Positions 1-12,100 of a DNA stretch of 64,000 nucleotides are shown here, in pieces. Origin of the DNA: Lama glama (Eukaryota). Below the pieces are notes generated by a model. The model was not told the origin of the DNA. It saw only the letters and a program-made list of their open reading frames with translations, and made no database searches. The stretch spans positions 310,001-374,000 of the forward strand of contig JAPYYK010000119.1 in NCBI GenBank assembly GCA_028534125.1. Direction: 5' to 3'. The translations under genes and the position numbers were made by a program. Each line of letters begins with the position of its first letter. Position 1 is the first letter of the stretch.

Positions 1-119
1 GAAAGCTGAAAGGTAACTGCTACAGACCAAAGTATAGACAATCCTTCTAGTACAGTACTTTCTTTATGGAAAGTGTCCCCTTGTGCTTTAAACCAAAGTA
101 AGTAAAGTCTGCACATTAC

Positions 120-228
120 CTGTGGAACAATCAAACAGCACCAATTCTTTAGGCCATCGTCCATAACATAGTTTCTTATCCTCAGAACTCTTTAAACTGG
201 CACTATTCTTCACACAAGTTTGCCTGTC
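120..228 (-). other. Probable internal exon (109 nt; likely exon 2, 5'UTR or start-codon exon) of an unidentified minus-strand gene
   Basis: Minus strand reads ...ttcacatcttag|GACAGG...TTCCACAG|gtaatg, i.e. canonical AG acceptor and CAG|GTAATG donor. Unique sequence about 10 kb downstream of a CpG island. Confidence 0.6.
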
Positions 229-1567
229 CTAAGATGTGAACTTACATGAGATCACAAAAATTCTTTCAACCCTCTAACAACTCTCCTAGGGATCACACAC
301 TTCCCAATACGAAAAGTAATGACATGCATCTTTAAAAATTCATGACATTTTGGCATTTGGAAATAATTTCAAAACTAATTTGTAAAGATTAATCCAACAG
401 TACATCATGGTCAATTAGCTATTACATAAATTCATATATACTACCTGATTCAAATCACATCCCTTGTGACACAGATTTCCACCCTATCATTTTTATCTTC
501 CACATAACACATTAAACCTCGAACATGTGTGCATCTCTTTTCTGTGGGACTGTGAGCTGAAGACAGGTGGCACATTTTACCCCTTTCTGTGTCTCAAGTA
601 TACAGCAGGCATAGTTCATTCTGTCAGCAAATATTTAGTGAGCAACTACCATGTCATTCACTCTACCAGATGATCCATACAGAGGTAACACACAGTCCCT
701 GTGACCATGAAGCTATTCACAGAATGAATAAACATCACAAACAACTGCAGTGAAAGTTTGAGTGCAACCTGTATGAAAGACCCACCTTACCAACGTGATA
801 CCTCAAATAAGACAGCTTTCTTCAAAAGGGTACCCTATTGTTGCTCTTCTGAGCCAAGATGCTACTTAAGGCCATAAATGTATGTTAAAGAAAACACCAC
901 TGACAAGTCACTCAATCAAGTCAATCTGACTTTAATATATTTTATATATAGGAAAATAAACAAAAGCCCTACTATGTACAGTTTAAGGCTTACTAACAAC
1001 CAAATTCCCACTTGGGAATACAAGTTAAAGTTTGATATTTAAACTCCAAACAATCCAACAGAAAGCTACAATTTGCCAATTTTCAACTCCTCACAGATTT
1101 TAAAGGAAAGAAATATAAAATCAAAATCACCTGACTTTATGACTCTAAGAAACTAGCTCCAAAGTCACATATTATTCACTTACAAATGAATAAAACACGA
1201 GAAAAAAACTTTCCACTTTACCAAGTAAAAGCATTTGTTTAGAAATTTTCTAATACAGACACATACAGACACACACAATGCTACCAGGAGCTGCCTCTGG
1301 AGAGTGTCTGGGGATGTGGGGAAGGAAGGACATTTACTTTTTATGTATATTATTTTCTGCTATTAGGTTTTTAATCTTAAGTCATGTGAGTCTATTATTT
1401 TTCAATTTTAAAAAGCCAGAAAATAAAAACATGTTAACATGAAAATAATATATTGTTTATAGTAGCATCTCCTTTATAACGATGGGGATAAGATCTGTAG
1501 CCTGAGTATATATTTGGGACAAGGATGACACAGGAATGGAATTGCCATTTAGGCCATGGAAACTCTT

Positions 1568-2038
1568 CAGGGGTTCTGAACCTCAGGTCATAGATCCCCA
1601 AAATACCCACAGAAGGAATTGAGGAGGTCCATGAACTTGGGTGAGAATATAATCACTTCTCTAATTTCACTAACTTCTAACAGATTTACCATCTCCTTCA
1701 ATTACTAACGTAGGCAACAGACCACAGTAGTACTTACTAACACTTGTGACCTAGCAATACAACAGAAATTGTCAATCTTTTCATTGTCATGTAACAGTGG
1801 TTGCACTTGTCAAAATTATTTATACTCATCACCACTTCAAATTTAGGATAATTAGACCCAACTCTAGACCATATTAATGTGTTAATGAAGCACATAAATT
1901 AAAAAACTGTTTTAATACTTTGATAACCGTATTTCAGTATAACTAGCTTGATTTTATGCATTTAAAACATTGTTCTGAGGAAGTTTCACCAGACAGCCCA
2001 AAGAGTCCAAGTTACAAAAAAAAAATTCAGAAGCCTTG
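1568..2038 (+). mobile_element. hAT-Charlie non-autonomous DNA transposon (Charlie4a-like), near full length
   Basis: Starts CAGGGGTTCTGAACCT and ends ...TTCAGAAGCCTTG (degenerate TIRs). Internal sequence follows the recalled Charlie4a consensus. Confidence 0.7.
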
Positions 2039-2666
2039 GGTAACAGTTCTTAAATCAAGTGCAACAGTCCCCATTTGGAAAATTTTAGGGAGGGAACATT
2101 TCGGGGTTATTTCAATTGGAATGCTACCAGAAATTAGTAGGCAGGAGATTTATGTAATAAACTTCCTGGGATTCCTGTGACAGACCCGTATAACAAACTA
2201 CAAACTGAATGTCAAAAATGTCCCGGTTTAGAAACATCTCAAGGATCAAATAAATGGCAAGATCACCCTCTTCAGTACCACGCTTTCCAAGTTTCCAAAC
2301 TAAGGTGTTCATCCCAGGGTTCACTAGTATATTCGAATGTCTCTCTTCATTCACTTAGATCTATGGTACACCACCTACAGATAAACAGATTTTTATCCCT
2401 AAAATTTATTTTCTTCCATGACTAATTAATCTGCTTAATCTAAAAAAAAAATCACATCTAAAAACAAATATAATAATTACCTATCAATTATTCAGGATTC
2501 AATTACTACACTTTGGATTAACTGACTCAGTTCTCCTGACTGCTAATTTTCAGTCTTAAATTTTTTTTAATCAATCTGTTAACTGCTTTGCCAGGAAACA
2601 CAGATGGGAGGAGCAAAATGTACGTATCAATTGCTAAGTTGAAAGTTGTAAAAATATATTAATTGG

Positions 2667-2712
2667 CATGAGAAAAAATGTGAAACTACATGAGAAAAAA
2701 TGTGAAACTACA
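2667..2712. repeat. Perfect 22-bp tandem duplication CATGAGAAAAAATGTGAAACTA x2
   Basis: Units at 2667-2688 and 2689-2710 are identical and followed by CA. Confidence 0.95.
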
Positions 2713-4679
2713 CCACAGAGTAACATATGGAGATGTTTGCTTTACTTTTCCATATTCCTCTATAACTGAAAATTGTTATTAATAACTTAAAAATGCCAGT
2801 TACCTATATAAGGCACTAACTTAAGTCTTTACAAAAGTTAATCTTTAAAATTACCTTTTGAGATACTTCCCATTAAACATATGAAGAAATGTGGCTTAAA
2901 GAGACAAAGCAATTTATCTTGCCCAGAGGGAAAATGACAGAGGCCAAGACTGAAATCTAAGTCATAATTTCAAAATTCCAGCAACTTACTTCATCAAATT
3001 AACTGTACAACTGAGGACTGCTTGTCGACTTCCCAACCAACAACCTCATGTTCTTCTCCCAACAACAACAGTAATAACAAAATGAGGTAAGAAAGCTAGA
3101 AGCAAAGATGGATATGAGTTAGAGAGCTAGCAGACAGGCTGACTCTTCCACTCTGCACTGTGTTACTGCACAGTAAAACTAGCTGACAAGAAAACAGAAA
3201 CTTAAAAGCAGATGTAAGGAAATAGTGCTAAGGAGAATCTGGAAGTGACTGCCATCTTCTTTCAGTATTAATCCCACAAAGAACAGTCCTGTATGATGGT
3301 CTAGGCAAATCCGAAGTTCATTTAAGTGTAGACAAGGCAAAAAATAATCAAGGATCAGTTTTAAGATAAAATTCAAATAATCCTGATGGACTTTCTGCTA
3401 TTTACATTGGTCTGCTTCATGGTTAACTATTCCTGCCTATCATCCTTTCCTCCTCATGCTGTCCCCTATGATTCCACTATTGTTTCTCTACTTCAACTCT
3501 ACTTAAAGTGAAAAGAAGATGCCCAGCTATATATTTCATAATACAATAAAGAGTCAACCCCAGTGGCCAGGATCATGGTCAATGTCTATATTATAAACCT
3601 TCTGTCACTTAAGTGCCTGGGTGAGTCTCCAGCCTGTGCTGAATAAAACAAAGGCATGATAATATCCTGAAGGCATGTGGTCTACTCTAGAAAATAAACA
3701 TTTTTTCTTTCACATGTACTCTCACTCTCATCCACATATCCATATCCATCCACACACACCCCTCAAGTGAAAAACACAAGATATTAGAAAATTAAAATAA
3801 ACCCAAGTGTCATGAGCTAGAAGTATACCAAAATTCAGAGTATTTATAGCCATGAGTAAGAGTAATAAAGATGGTGAAAGAAAATTTCACGAAAACAAAG
3901 GAACAGATAATATCCCAAAATATATAGAATGGATTACTCTCTTAATCTCTAGAAAAAAACAGCATCAGATAGTGAATAAATGTAACTGATCCTCATTAAA
4001 AAAAAATTCTTAAACAAAATTGACAGCATTCCAATAGTGTTAAAGAGTTAAACCTTACTTATTAATATCTTTCTAATATTTAGTCTCTTATTTGTTAGTT
4101 CTTTTCACCTGATTTACTTTCATGTCCAGTATGTAGACATGAGAATTCACAGATGCAAGTAATTTTTAGAGTCAAAGGTAGTTTAAAGATCACTCAGTCC
4201 AATTCTATTTCACAAATGAGGAAACTAAGGGCCAGGAAGGTTAAATCATTTCTTTGAGGTCACACACGATTCATTCCTTACTACTTTGAAAATTAGTAAG
4301 TGTGAAAGGTTTTCTTTCTTTAAAAGGATTCTGGAGACTTCTCTTATAGTCCCCAAAACCAAGTTTCATTTAAAAAAATCCTAATCTCATTAAAACACCT
4401 TACAAATTTGAAGTTTGTGAAACACACTAAGTGTATGCATTCACCTTAGGTCAAACCATGGATTAAAACAATCTAACTTCATAACTTATGATCACGGTGC
4501 TACATACCCACCAGTAGTATATCTCTCAGGGAAGCTCCCTAGCCAAGCCCTATTCTCAGGAGGGTGGCACTTAACAGAACTTATATACTAACTTCCCCTG
4601 TTCCTTGACTGAGAGGCAAGCCAAAAAAATAATGCCCTCTATCTCAGGATCTGGAATTTTAAGCAGAAAGAAATATAAC

Positions 4680-4845
4680 AATGATAATAATAGCTAATAC
4701 TTATTGAATGCTTACTGTATGCTATGAACTGTTCCAAGCACACTACAATTTATCTTCCCAACAATCCATGAGATTTTATATATGAAATTAACCTGAGGAC
4801 TCAAACCCGTAGTTTCTAGCTCCACAATACATGCACTTAACCACC
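4680..4845 (-). mobile_element. MIR SINE fragment
   Basis: aatagctaatacttattgaatgcttactgtatg...gcacttaaccac is the reverse complement of the MIR ends. Confidence 0.65.
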
Positions 4846-5339
4846 ACCTGAAACTACTTCTCAAAAGATTGGGAATTATTAGAAATGAGTGATATTAATG
4901 TTACTTGCTGCTGAAGGACCCACAGCTGCCCTGGTTCCTGGCCTTGCCAAGCCTTGCTGTTCAACCCTTCCTTGGGGTCTCTGAGACAATCCCAGGAACC
5001 TTAGAGAAATCAAATTTGGTTTCTGTTACTTGAAACCAACCTAATGGTCCCAGCTGCCAAATATTGTTAGGCCTCGTTTTTGAAGAACTGACATAGAAGA
5101 AATCTAAATTTACCCTACAAATAAATCATTCTTTTAAATTTTGCAAAAGAAAGAAAAAAAAGAATATGTTTACAAAAGGCATTTGCCATGAAAGTTCTTT
5201 CATATTATCATTCCCTGAGACAAAAACTTTGAATGACTCCTTCATGCCCATGGGCTAATAAATGATAGGACAGCAGAGATATAATGAATCTTAGGTATCA
5301 TCTAGTTCTCAACCACTCATTTTACAGATGAAGCACTAG

Positions 5340-5595
5340 ACTGGTGAAGATCAGGGCCCTGGAGTCAATCACCCATAGGGCACAAGTTCAAATACCGGCT
5401 GTCTCCTGCTCTGGTATAGGCAGGGGTGACCTTGGGCAAGTTGCTAAATTTCTGAAGCTTTAGTTTCCTCTTTTGGAAAAGAGATAACAGCACCTACACA
5501 TCCTACCATTATAAAGAGTTCTAAATCATCTACGGAGTTTAATAAAGTGCCTGGTACATGCTCAACATGCTCACTAATGCACACTCAATAAATGG
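5340..5595 (+). mobile_element. MIR SINE
   Basis: gtgaccttgggcaagttgctaaat...agtttcctc MIR core and gtgcctggtacat...ctcaataaatg tail. Confidence 0.75.
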
Positions 5596-7547
5596 AAGTT
5601 GCGATGGTAGTTATGATCAACCTGAGGCTCAGAGAAGATGGGCAAAGTTTCCAGATTATATGGTCACTTAAGAACAAACTAGAAATAAACTTCGTATTCA
5701 CACTTCAATGCTTTCTTCTGCACCTTCCTACAACAACTGCACTTAGCATTCAAAACTATCTAAAATCTGGTATAATTCTACCCTTTTAAAAATCTAACCT
5801 CCACCCCAACTTTTTTCTTCATTCATTCACCAAATATGTACTCAGTGCCTTCTATGTTCTAAACAGTTTCTAGTGCTGAAGATATAGCAGGGAACAAAGG
5901 GAATAAAAGAAGTAAAAGCCATCTGCATGTCCCAAAAAAGGGAGAAAGAGCCAAGGGAATAACACTCTCAGAAATAACAGTGCTACCCTCCTGAAGTTTC
6001 TATCAGCAGGAGGAAAAGTATGAAGGAGGTTAGATAAAAACATAAACATGGAAGAGCCTTCCTTTAGTCTACTTACCCACAGAACTTGCTTTAAATATTC
6101 CTGTGCTCCACAATATTCCTGTTGCTTCAACAACACTACAACCAAACCTGAAAGCTCACATTGTTAAATCTCTAAGAAGCCTTCTCTACACATTCTAGCA
6201 ACAGTTTTCTCTTATTTCTATTAACTATATTGACATTTAACTTTTCTTAACGCTCTTTTAAATGTCTGTCAGGTTGACTTAACCTGGTAGTTTTTACCAA
6301 CTTTCAAGATGTTTTGGACCCCAATGACTCATTTAGGTTCCCTTAAGTCAAAATCTGTATCATACGCTTCTTTTAATCCTAACAACACTTCAGCACACAG
6401 CTTTATACATACTTTTGATATTCAGACCCGTTTAAATAGTTTCTCAGTATCCTATTTAGATAACACCTGGCACTTAAACCTGGACAGTGTTTCCTTTTTT
6501 TGAATAAATGTGTAATGTTTTTACAATACCAATCTACAAAATTGTAATTTACATCCTTCTATAACACTTCTATCATGAAACATGAAATATATTACTGCCC
6601 AAAACAACTCTGAAATGGTAGAAAGACTGAATATAGTCCGGCTCTATCATTCAAAATATCATTTAGATATTAAGATAATGACAAAAACTAGGCAACTAAC
6701 ATGAGGGGAGAAATGGTAATTAAAATCAGTCATGGTCTTTTTCTTAAAAAATAAGTAGAATTACAAGCTTCACATAGATTTGGGTTCACTCTAGTGTGAA
6801 GAGGCATCTTACAAAATCTATATACAACTATGAGAAGGAAGATTAACACAACTTAAAGACCAGTATTACAGCCATACTCTGTATAAAAAATTCTGTATTT
6901 AAAGAGGCCTCTGACTCAAGAGGGGAAAAAAAGAGTTAGTATGTAAGTATACATAGTACTAAAGTAAGAAACCAAAAAAGAATTCCTAGAAGAATAATTT
7001 ATCAAATTCTGCTAATGAAATATATACAGGCATACACACAGCTAGTGTTTCACAAAAACATAGCTCTTGGTATAGAAATAGAAGCTCATCCAACATTCAA
7101 CAAACATTTATCAAGCATATATCATCTGCTAAGCACAGTTCCAGGCACTGGAATATATTAATAAACAAAACATGCAAAGATCTTTGTCCTTACAAAGATC
7201 AAATTTTATTAAAGAAAATCTAATAAAATAGAATAGTTTGCCACAAATTTCTTATATGCTTAAGATAACGTGCACACTTAAACATAATGGTGCCAATATA
7301 GGGAGAAGCAAAGTTAACAGACTTTGAAGGAAAAAAAAACCAAAAAAATCTGAAAAGCCAAGAGCAAAAGTCAAAAGTTAAATGATGAAAAACTACACTT
7401 CTTAATAATTGAATATTCCAGTCAAATCAGTATTACCTTTTAAAGTCCCCATAATTATAAAGAGTAAAAATTACTTATAGAAACTATAATGCACTTAAAA
7501 ACAGTTCAGAAAATAATTCAGGGTTCTGTAAGAAGCCAATATGAAAC

Positions 7548-8160
7548 ACAGTGGTTATGAGGATGGGCTTTTGTGACACTAAAGGCCATGAATTTGAATT
7601 CTAGCCCTGCCAGTTCCCAGCAGTGAGACCCTTAGAGCTGTTACAAGGATTAAATAAAACCCCAAAACTAGATATAATACAAATATCCAACAACAGATGG
7701 ATGGATGAATATATTATATCAATTCACTGGAATACTACTCAATATTCAGTAAATGGACTAACATGCCCAACGAGAATGAATCTTTAATGCATCACGCTGA
7801 GCAAAAGAAGCCAGACAAAAAAGTTTGTAGGATTTCATTTATAAGAAATTCTAAAACTGGCATAACTAATCTATAGTGAAAGAAAGCTTAGAACTATTGG
7901 AGGGACAGATCTGTAAAGGAGCAAAAGGGTATTTTTAGGATGTCTGAAATGTTCCTATGTCATGACTGATGATGTTTCCATGGGTATTACAGATCTGTCA
8001 AAACTCATCAAACTCTAAGCTCTAAATGAGGACATTTTATTGTATGTAAATTATACCTCAAAAAAAGTTGATTTTAAAGAAGATTAAGTGAAATAATATA
8101 TGTAAAGTTCTTAACACAGTACTCATGGCACAAGAAGTATTCAAAAAATGGTAGATAGTA
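7548..8160 (+). mobile_element. MIR interrupted by an old L1M 3' fragment (~7660-8078)
   Basis: MIR head ends at ...acaaggattaaat. L1 sequence follows (caaatatccaacaacagatgg...attgtatgtaaattatacctcaa), then MIR resumes at gattaagtgaaataatatatgtaaagttcttaacacagt. Confidence 0.7.
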
Positions 8161-10254
8161 CTAAGATCATCAACTACTACTACTACACAACACTCCTGGG
8201 GAGGTGGCAGAATCACCAATCACCTGATCTTTCTGGTTGTTTAGATTTTAAGTAAATATAAATTTAAAGTATCTGACCTAGACCAAGTGGCATGAGGAGC
8301 AATACAGAAACCAAGTTAGAGGGGGGTGCCAACTTATGCAAAGACAATGAAAATAAAGAAAGGGAAGAAAAGACGTATGCCTACATGTCCAAAAGAGAAG
8401 CGCTTAAGAGAATGATATGGCCAGCAACGACAGAGTGCTCCAATGCTAAAGAACCTCACTTAGGTATTATCAAAATGTAACTCAAAATCGAGTCAATGAC
8501 TATATAAACAAAGTCTAATGACAGTCCAAGAGCTACAAAGAGACAGTCCTTAATTTTACTAGGGGTAGTGGGGAGAGTGGATCCATGAAGCTGTTGAAGT
8601 GAAGTCAAAGGATTCTGCCAATCAAGCAGGAATGGGTCATACTGTCTCATTCAACCAAGAAGAATGGCATATCGGAATGGGAAAATTCAGAAATGCCAAG
8701 CAACAATTATAAATCCATAAGCCAAGGTTTTTGTTGCCTTTTTTAAAATAACAAGTTACACGCTTAAAAAGAATAGACTTATAAAGATAACTAATTAGAA
8801 TATTTTGATAATAGAACTTAAATTGAAATACAACTCAAGTGAAACATTCATGAAATTTATACTTTACTGCTGCTTAGAACTGTTTATCAAGGACAGAACA
8901 TTTTTTAAACAAATAATTATGTTTAATAACAAAAATCCTATAAATAAGACCAGAATTGGCTGTTACTCATGAAAGCACAAGCCTTCTGATCTATATGTTA
9001 ATTTAAAAAGGAAAAAGGAAAACCACCTCAACTGGAAATGCTGGGAAGCAAAAGACTCTGGTTTTTTGGTTTGGTTTGATTTTAAGAACCTTCACTTATA
9101 ACATTAAAGAGGCAGAGAGGGACAGGACAAAGCGTCAGAAGTCCTGAGTTTCAAATCTAGTTCTATCAGAATCTGGATTTCTTCTTCCCTAAAATTGGGC
9201 AGTCGAAGCAGGCTAGTGAAAATAATAAGAATTAATATACATGCTCTAGATTGAAAATCAAAGGTTTTACTGAAAAGGTTAATGGTACAAAATTGTGAGG
9301 GAGTTAAGCATACATTTGTAATACCTCATTTAAAAAGTAACTAAATTGCAAGTTTTCTTCCCAAATTCAGCTAACATACCAAGACATCTGTGACTAAGGA
9401 CCTAAAGCTATAACAAAGTATACTGATGATCACTGTTTGCAAAAGTAATACACCTTTTCAGGGGCTAAGTATTCATTCTAGAATACGTTTCCTGATTCAA
9501 GTTCTCCCCATACCAAAATAGTAAGATTCAAATAATTACATACAATACTGATACTTTACACGACCCATTAGTTACCTTTCTTTTGGGGAAATAACATTAA
9601 CAGAAATGTTACTTAGAGGAATCCAAAGTTAGTTTTTAAAGTTAAATTAATTCTTGTACATACTATAACTTTTATATTTTGTTACCTTTCCCATGGAAAA
9701 TTGAGCAAAGCTAGAAATAATTTTTTTAAAAAACAAAAAGAATTTTCACATATGACTTAACTCTAAACTTTCAGCATAAATGTTCATCCTGATACTGCGG
9801 GCATATTCATTTTCTACGGAAAGTGTAAGGCTTTCAAGTAATCAAACAGCAAAGAGAAGTGTGATTAAATCACAGCAGACCGTAGTAATAACAGGGTAAT
9901 ATAATGAGGTCACAACTCGAGCAGCCAATCAAAGGCATAAAAGCATTTCCTGCAATATTAACAGTCAAAAGAGAAAACCAATCAGAATCCTTGGGCCTTC
10001 TTTTGACAGTCACAGAAGCAAGAGAACCAATCCACGTACACCCGAGGTTGACAATAAGGCGGGACCACAGGTTCATTGAAGAAATTCTTCAGGGTGCAGT
10101 TACTATGAACTTCGCACGAAAGTAACAGTTATAAACACTGTCAAGCCAGACAAACTTCAACCACATCCAAAATTTAACCCATCAGGGAAAAAAAGCATTT
10201 CTGCCCCAAAGTGCTGTTATTATCAAAAATGCAGTTGTCAATGTGGCTGCACCA

Positions 10255-12100
10255 GATCCTCAACTTCTAAAAGACCCCCTTGCCCCCGACGACAATTCGC
10301 GCAGACGCGGCGGGAGAACAGCTGAACATCCCTGGTCCCTTTCTAACGCCGCGCACTGAGCGGACGCCGTCTGGGCTAAACAAGCAGAACCCACTCGCTC
10401 CGGGCCGCGGAGGTGGCGGGTCAGCGGCTTTCGAACGTTACATCCTGCCGGCAGTCGCGGCCCCCGCCCTCCCCCGCCGCAGTGCTGCATCGCCTCATCC
10501 CGCTGCACCACCGCCGGCCGGGGAGCGAGCATTACCTTGCTAGGAGGAAGATGATGTTTGTTTTGAAAGCACTTTAGTTTCCGTAAGTCATTTCAAAAAG
10601 AACCCAATGAACTAAATCTAAAAGTGAGAGGAAAAAAATCTTCCCTAGCCAAAGGATCCCTCGTCCATTAATTAACCCCGAACCGGCTTGGGGAGGGAAA
10701 AAAAAAAAGGTAAACAGAGGCCGTACGCCAAGTGNNNNNNNNNNNNNNNNNNNNNNNNNNNNNNNNNNNNNNNNNNNNNNNNNNNNNNNNNNNNNNNNNN
10801 NNNNNNNNNNNNNNNNNNNNNNNNNNNNNNNNNNNNNNNNNNNNNNNNNNNNNNNNNNNNNNNNNNNNNNNNNNGAGGGTTTACGCTACTCTGCCGGCGT
10901 AGNNNNNNNNNNNNNNNNNNNNNNNNNNNNNNNNNNNNNNNNNNNNNNNNNNNNNNNNNNNNNNNNNNNNNNNNNNNNNNNNNNNNNNNNNNNNNNNNNN
11001 NNNNNNNNNNNNNNNNNNNNNNNNNNNNNNNNNNNNNNNNNNNNNNNNNNNNNNNNNNNNNNNNNNNNNNNNNNNNNNNNNNNNNNNNNNNNNNNNNNNN
11101 NNNNNNNNNNNNNNNNNNNNNNNNNNNNNNNNNNNNNNNNNNNNNNNNNNNNNNNNNNNNNNNNNNNNNNNNNNNNNNNNNNNNNNNNNNNNNNNNNNNN
11201 NNNNNNNNNNNNNNNNNNNNNNNNNNNNNNNNNNNNNNNNNNNNNNNNNNNNNNNNNNNNNNNNNNNNNNNNNNNNNNNNNNNNNNNNNNNNNNNNNNNN
11301 NNNNNNNNNNNNNNNNNNNNNNNNNNNNNNNNNNNNNNNNNNNNNNNNNNNNNNNNNNNNNNNNNCGCCNNNNNNNNNNNNNNNNNNNNNNNNNNNNNNN
11401 NNNNNNNNNNNNNNNNNNNNNNNNNNNNNNNNNNNNNNNNNNNNNNNNNNNNNNNNNNNNNNNNNNNNNNNNNNNNNNNNNNNNNNNNNNNNNNNNNNNN
11501 NNNNNNNNNCACGCGCCTCGCCCTTTCCCTCCCTCCCTCCTTCCTCTCCCTTCCCCTCCCTTGCCTGCCCACCCGCTCTCTCCGCGGCGCGGCCGGCCCG
11601 CGGGAGCGTGCTCAGCCTCGGGCTGCTCTGGGGAGAGGGGGCGGCGGCGGCCCTCCGCTGGGCGGCCGGCGCCCTCGCCGTGTGGCAGGTGCCAGGTGCG
11701 CAAGTTAACCCGCGCCCCCGAGCGTGCGCCTCTGCCTCCGCGGCCCCGACAGCCAGCTCGCTGGGTGCCCGGGAGGACGGCGCCGGTCAGAACACCGCCG
11801 CGCTGAGCAGCGCGTGTGTGCACAAGTCTGTGAGCGGGAAAGGAAGATGTCAACCAGAGCCACAACTGCTTCTCCGAGCCTGTTCTTATAAAGCACTTAT
11901 CTCCAAGGCGCCCTGAGCGCCGGCTAATTCGCATCCTCCAATTCGCACATCCCTGGGAGGTGCGAGAGGTCCGTTCCTTCCGCCCACTCCTAGGGGCGCA
12001 GACCTGCAGGGTCTCGCCCGCCCCGAAAACGCTTACTCAGTCCCAGCCCTCTTCCCCGCATCCTCTTTAGTACCTGACCGAAAGAGCTCTCCAAGGTAAG
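10255..12100. promoter_or_regulatory. CpG island promoter (partly masked by N)
   Basis: Abrupt switch to very GC- and CpG-rich sequence with GC boxes (GGGGCGG) and GCGC motifs. Exon 1 and the TSS probably lie inside the N runs at 10735-11509. Confidence 0.9.

Larger units (their letters stand above)
229..10500 (-). other. Probable first intron of the minus-strand gene
   Basis: Plus strand is visibly A-rich (T-rich sense strand on minus) compared with the region right of the CpG island. Lies between the island and the candidate exon. Confidence 0.55.

Noticed and set aside
120-11510. Assigning a gene symbol
   Set aside because: Exon 1 is masked and I do not recognise the 109-nt exon, so naming it would be a guess.
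10672-11934. Long ORFs (420, 372 and 228 aa) over the CpG island
   Set aside because: They are artefacts of translating through N runs and stop-poor GC-rich DNA. No recognisable protein.
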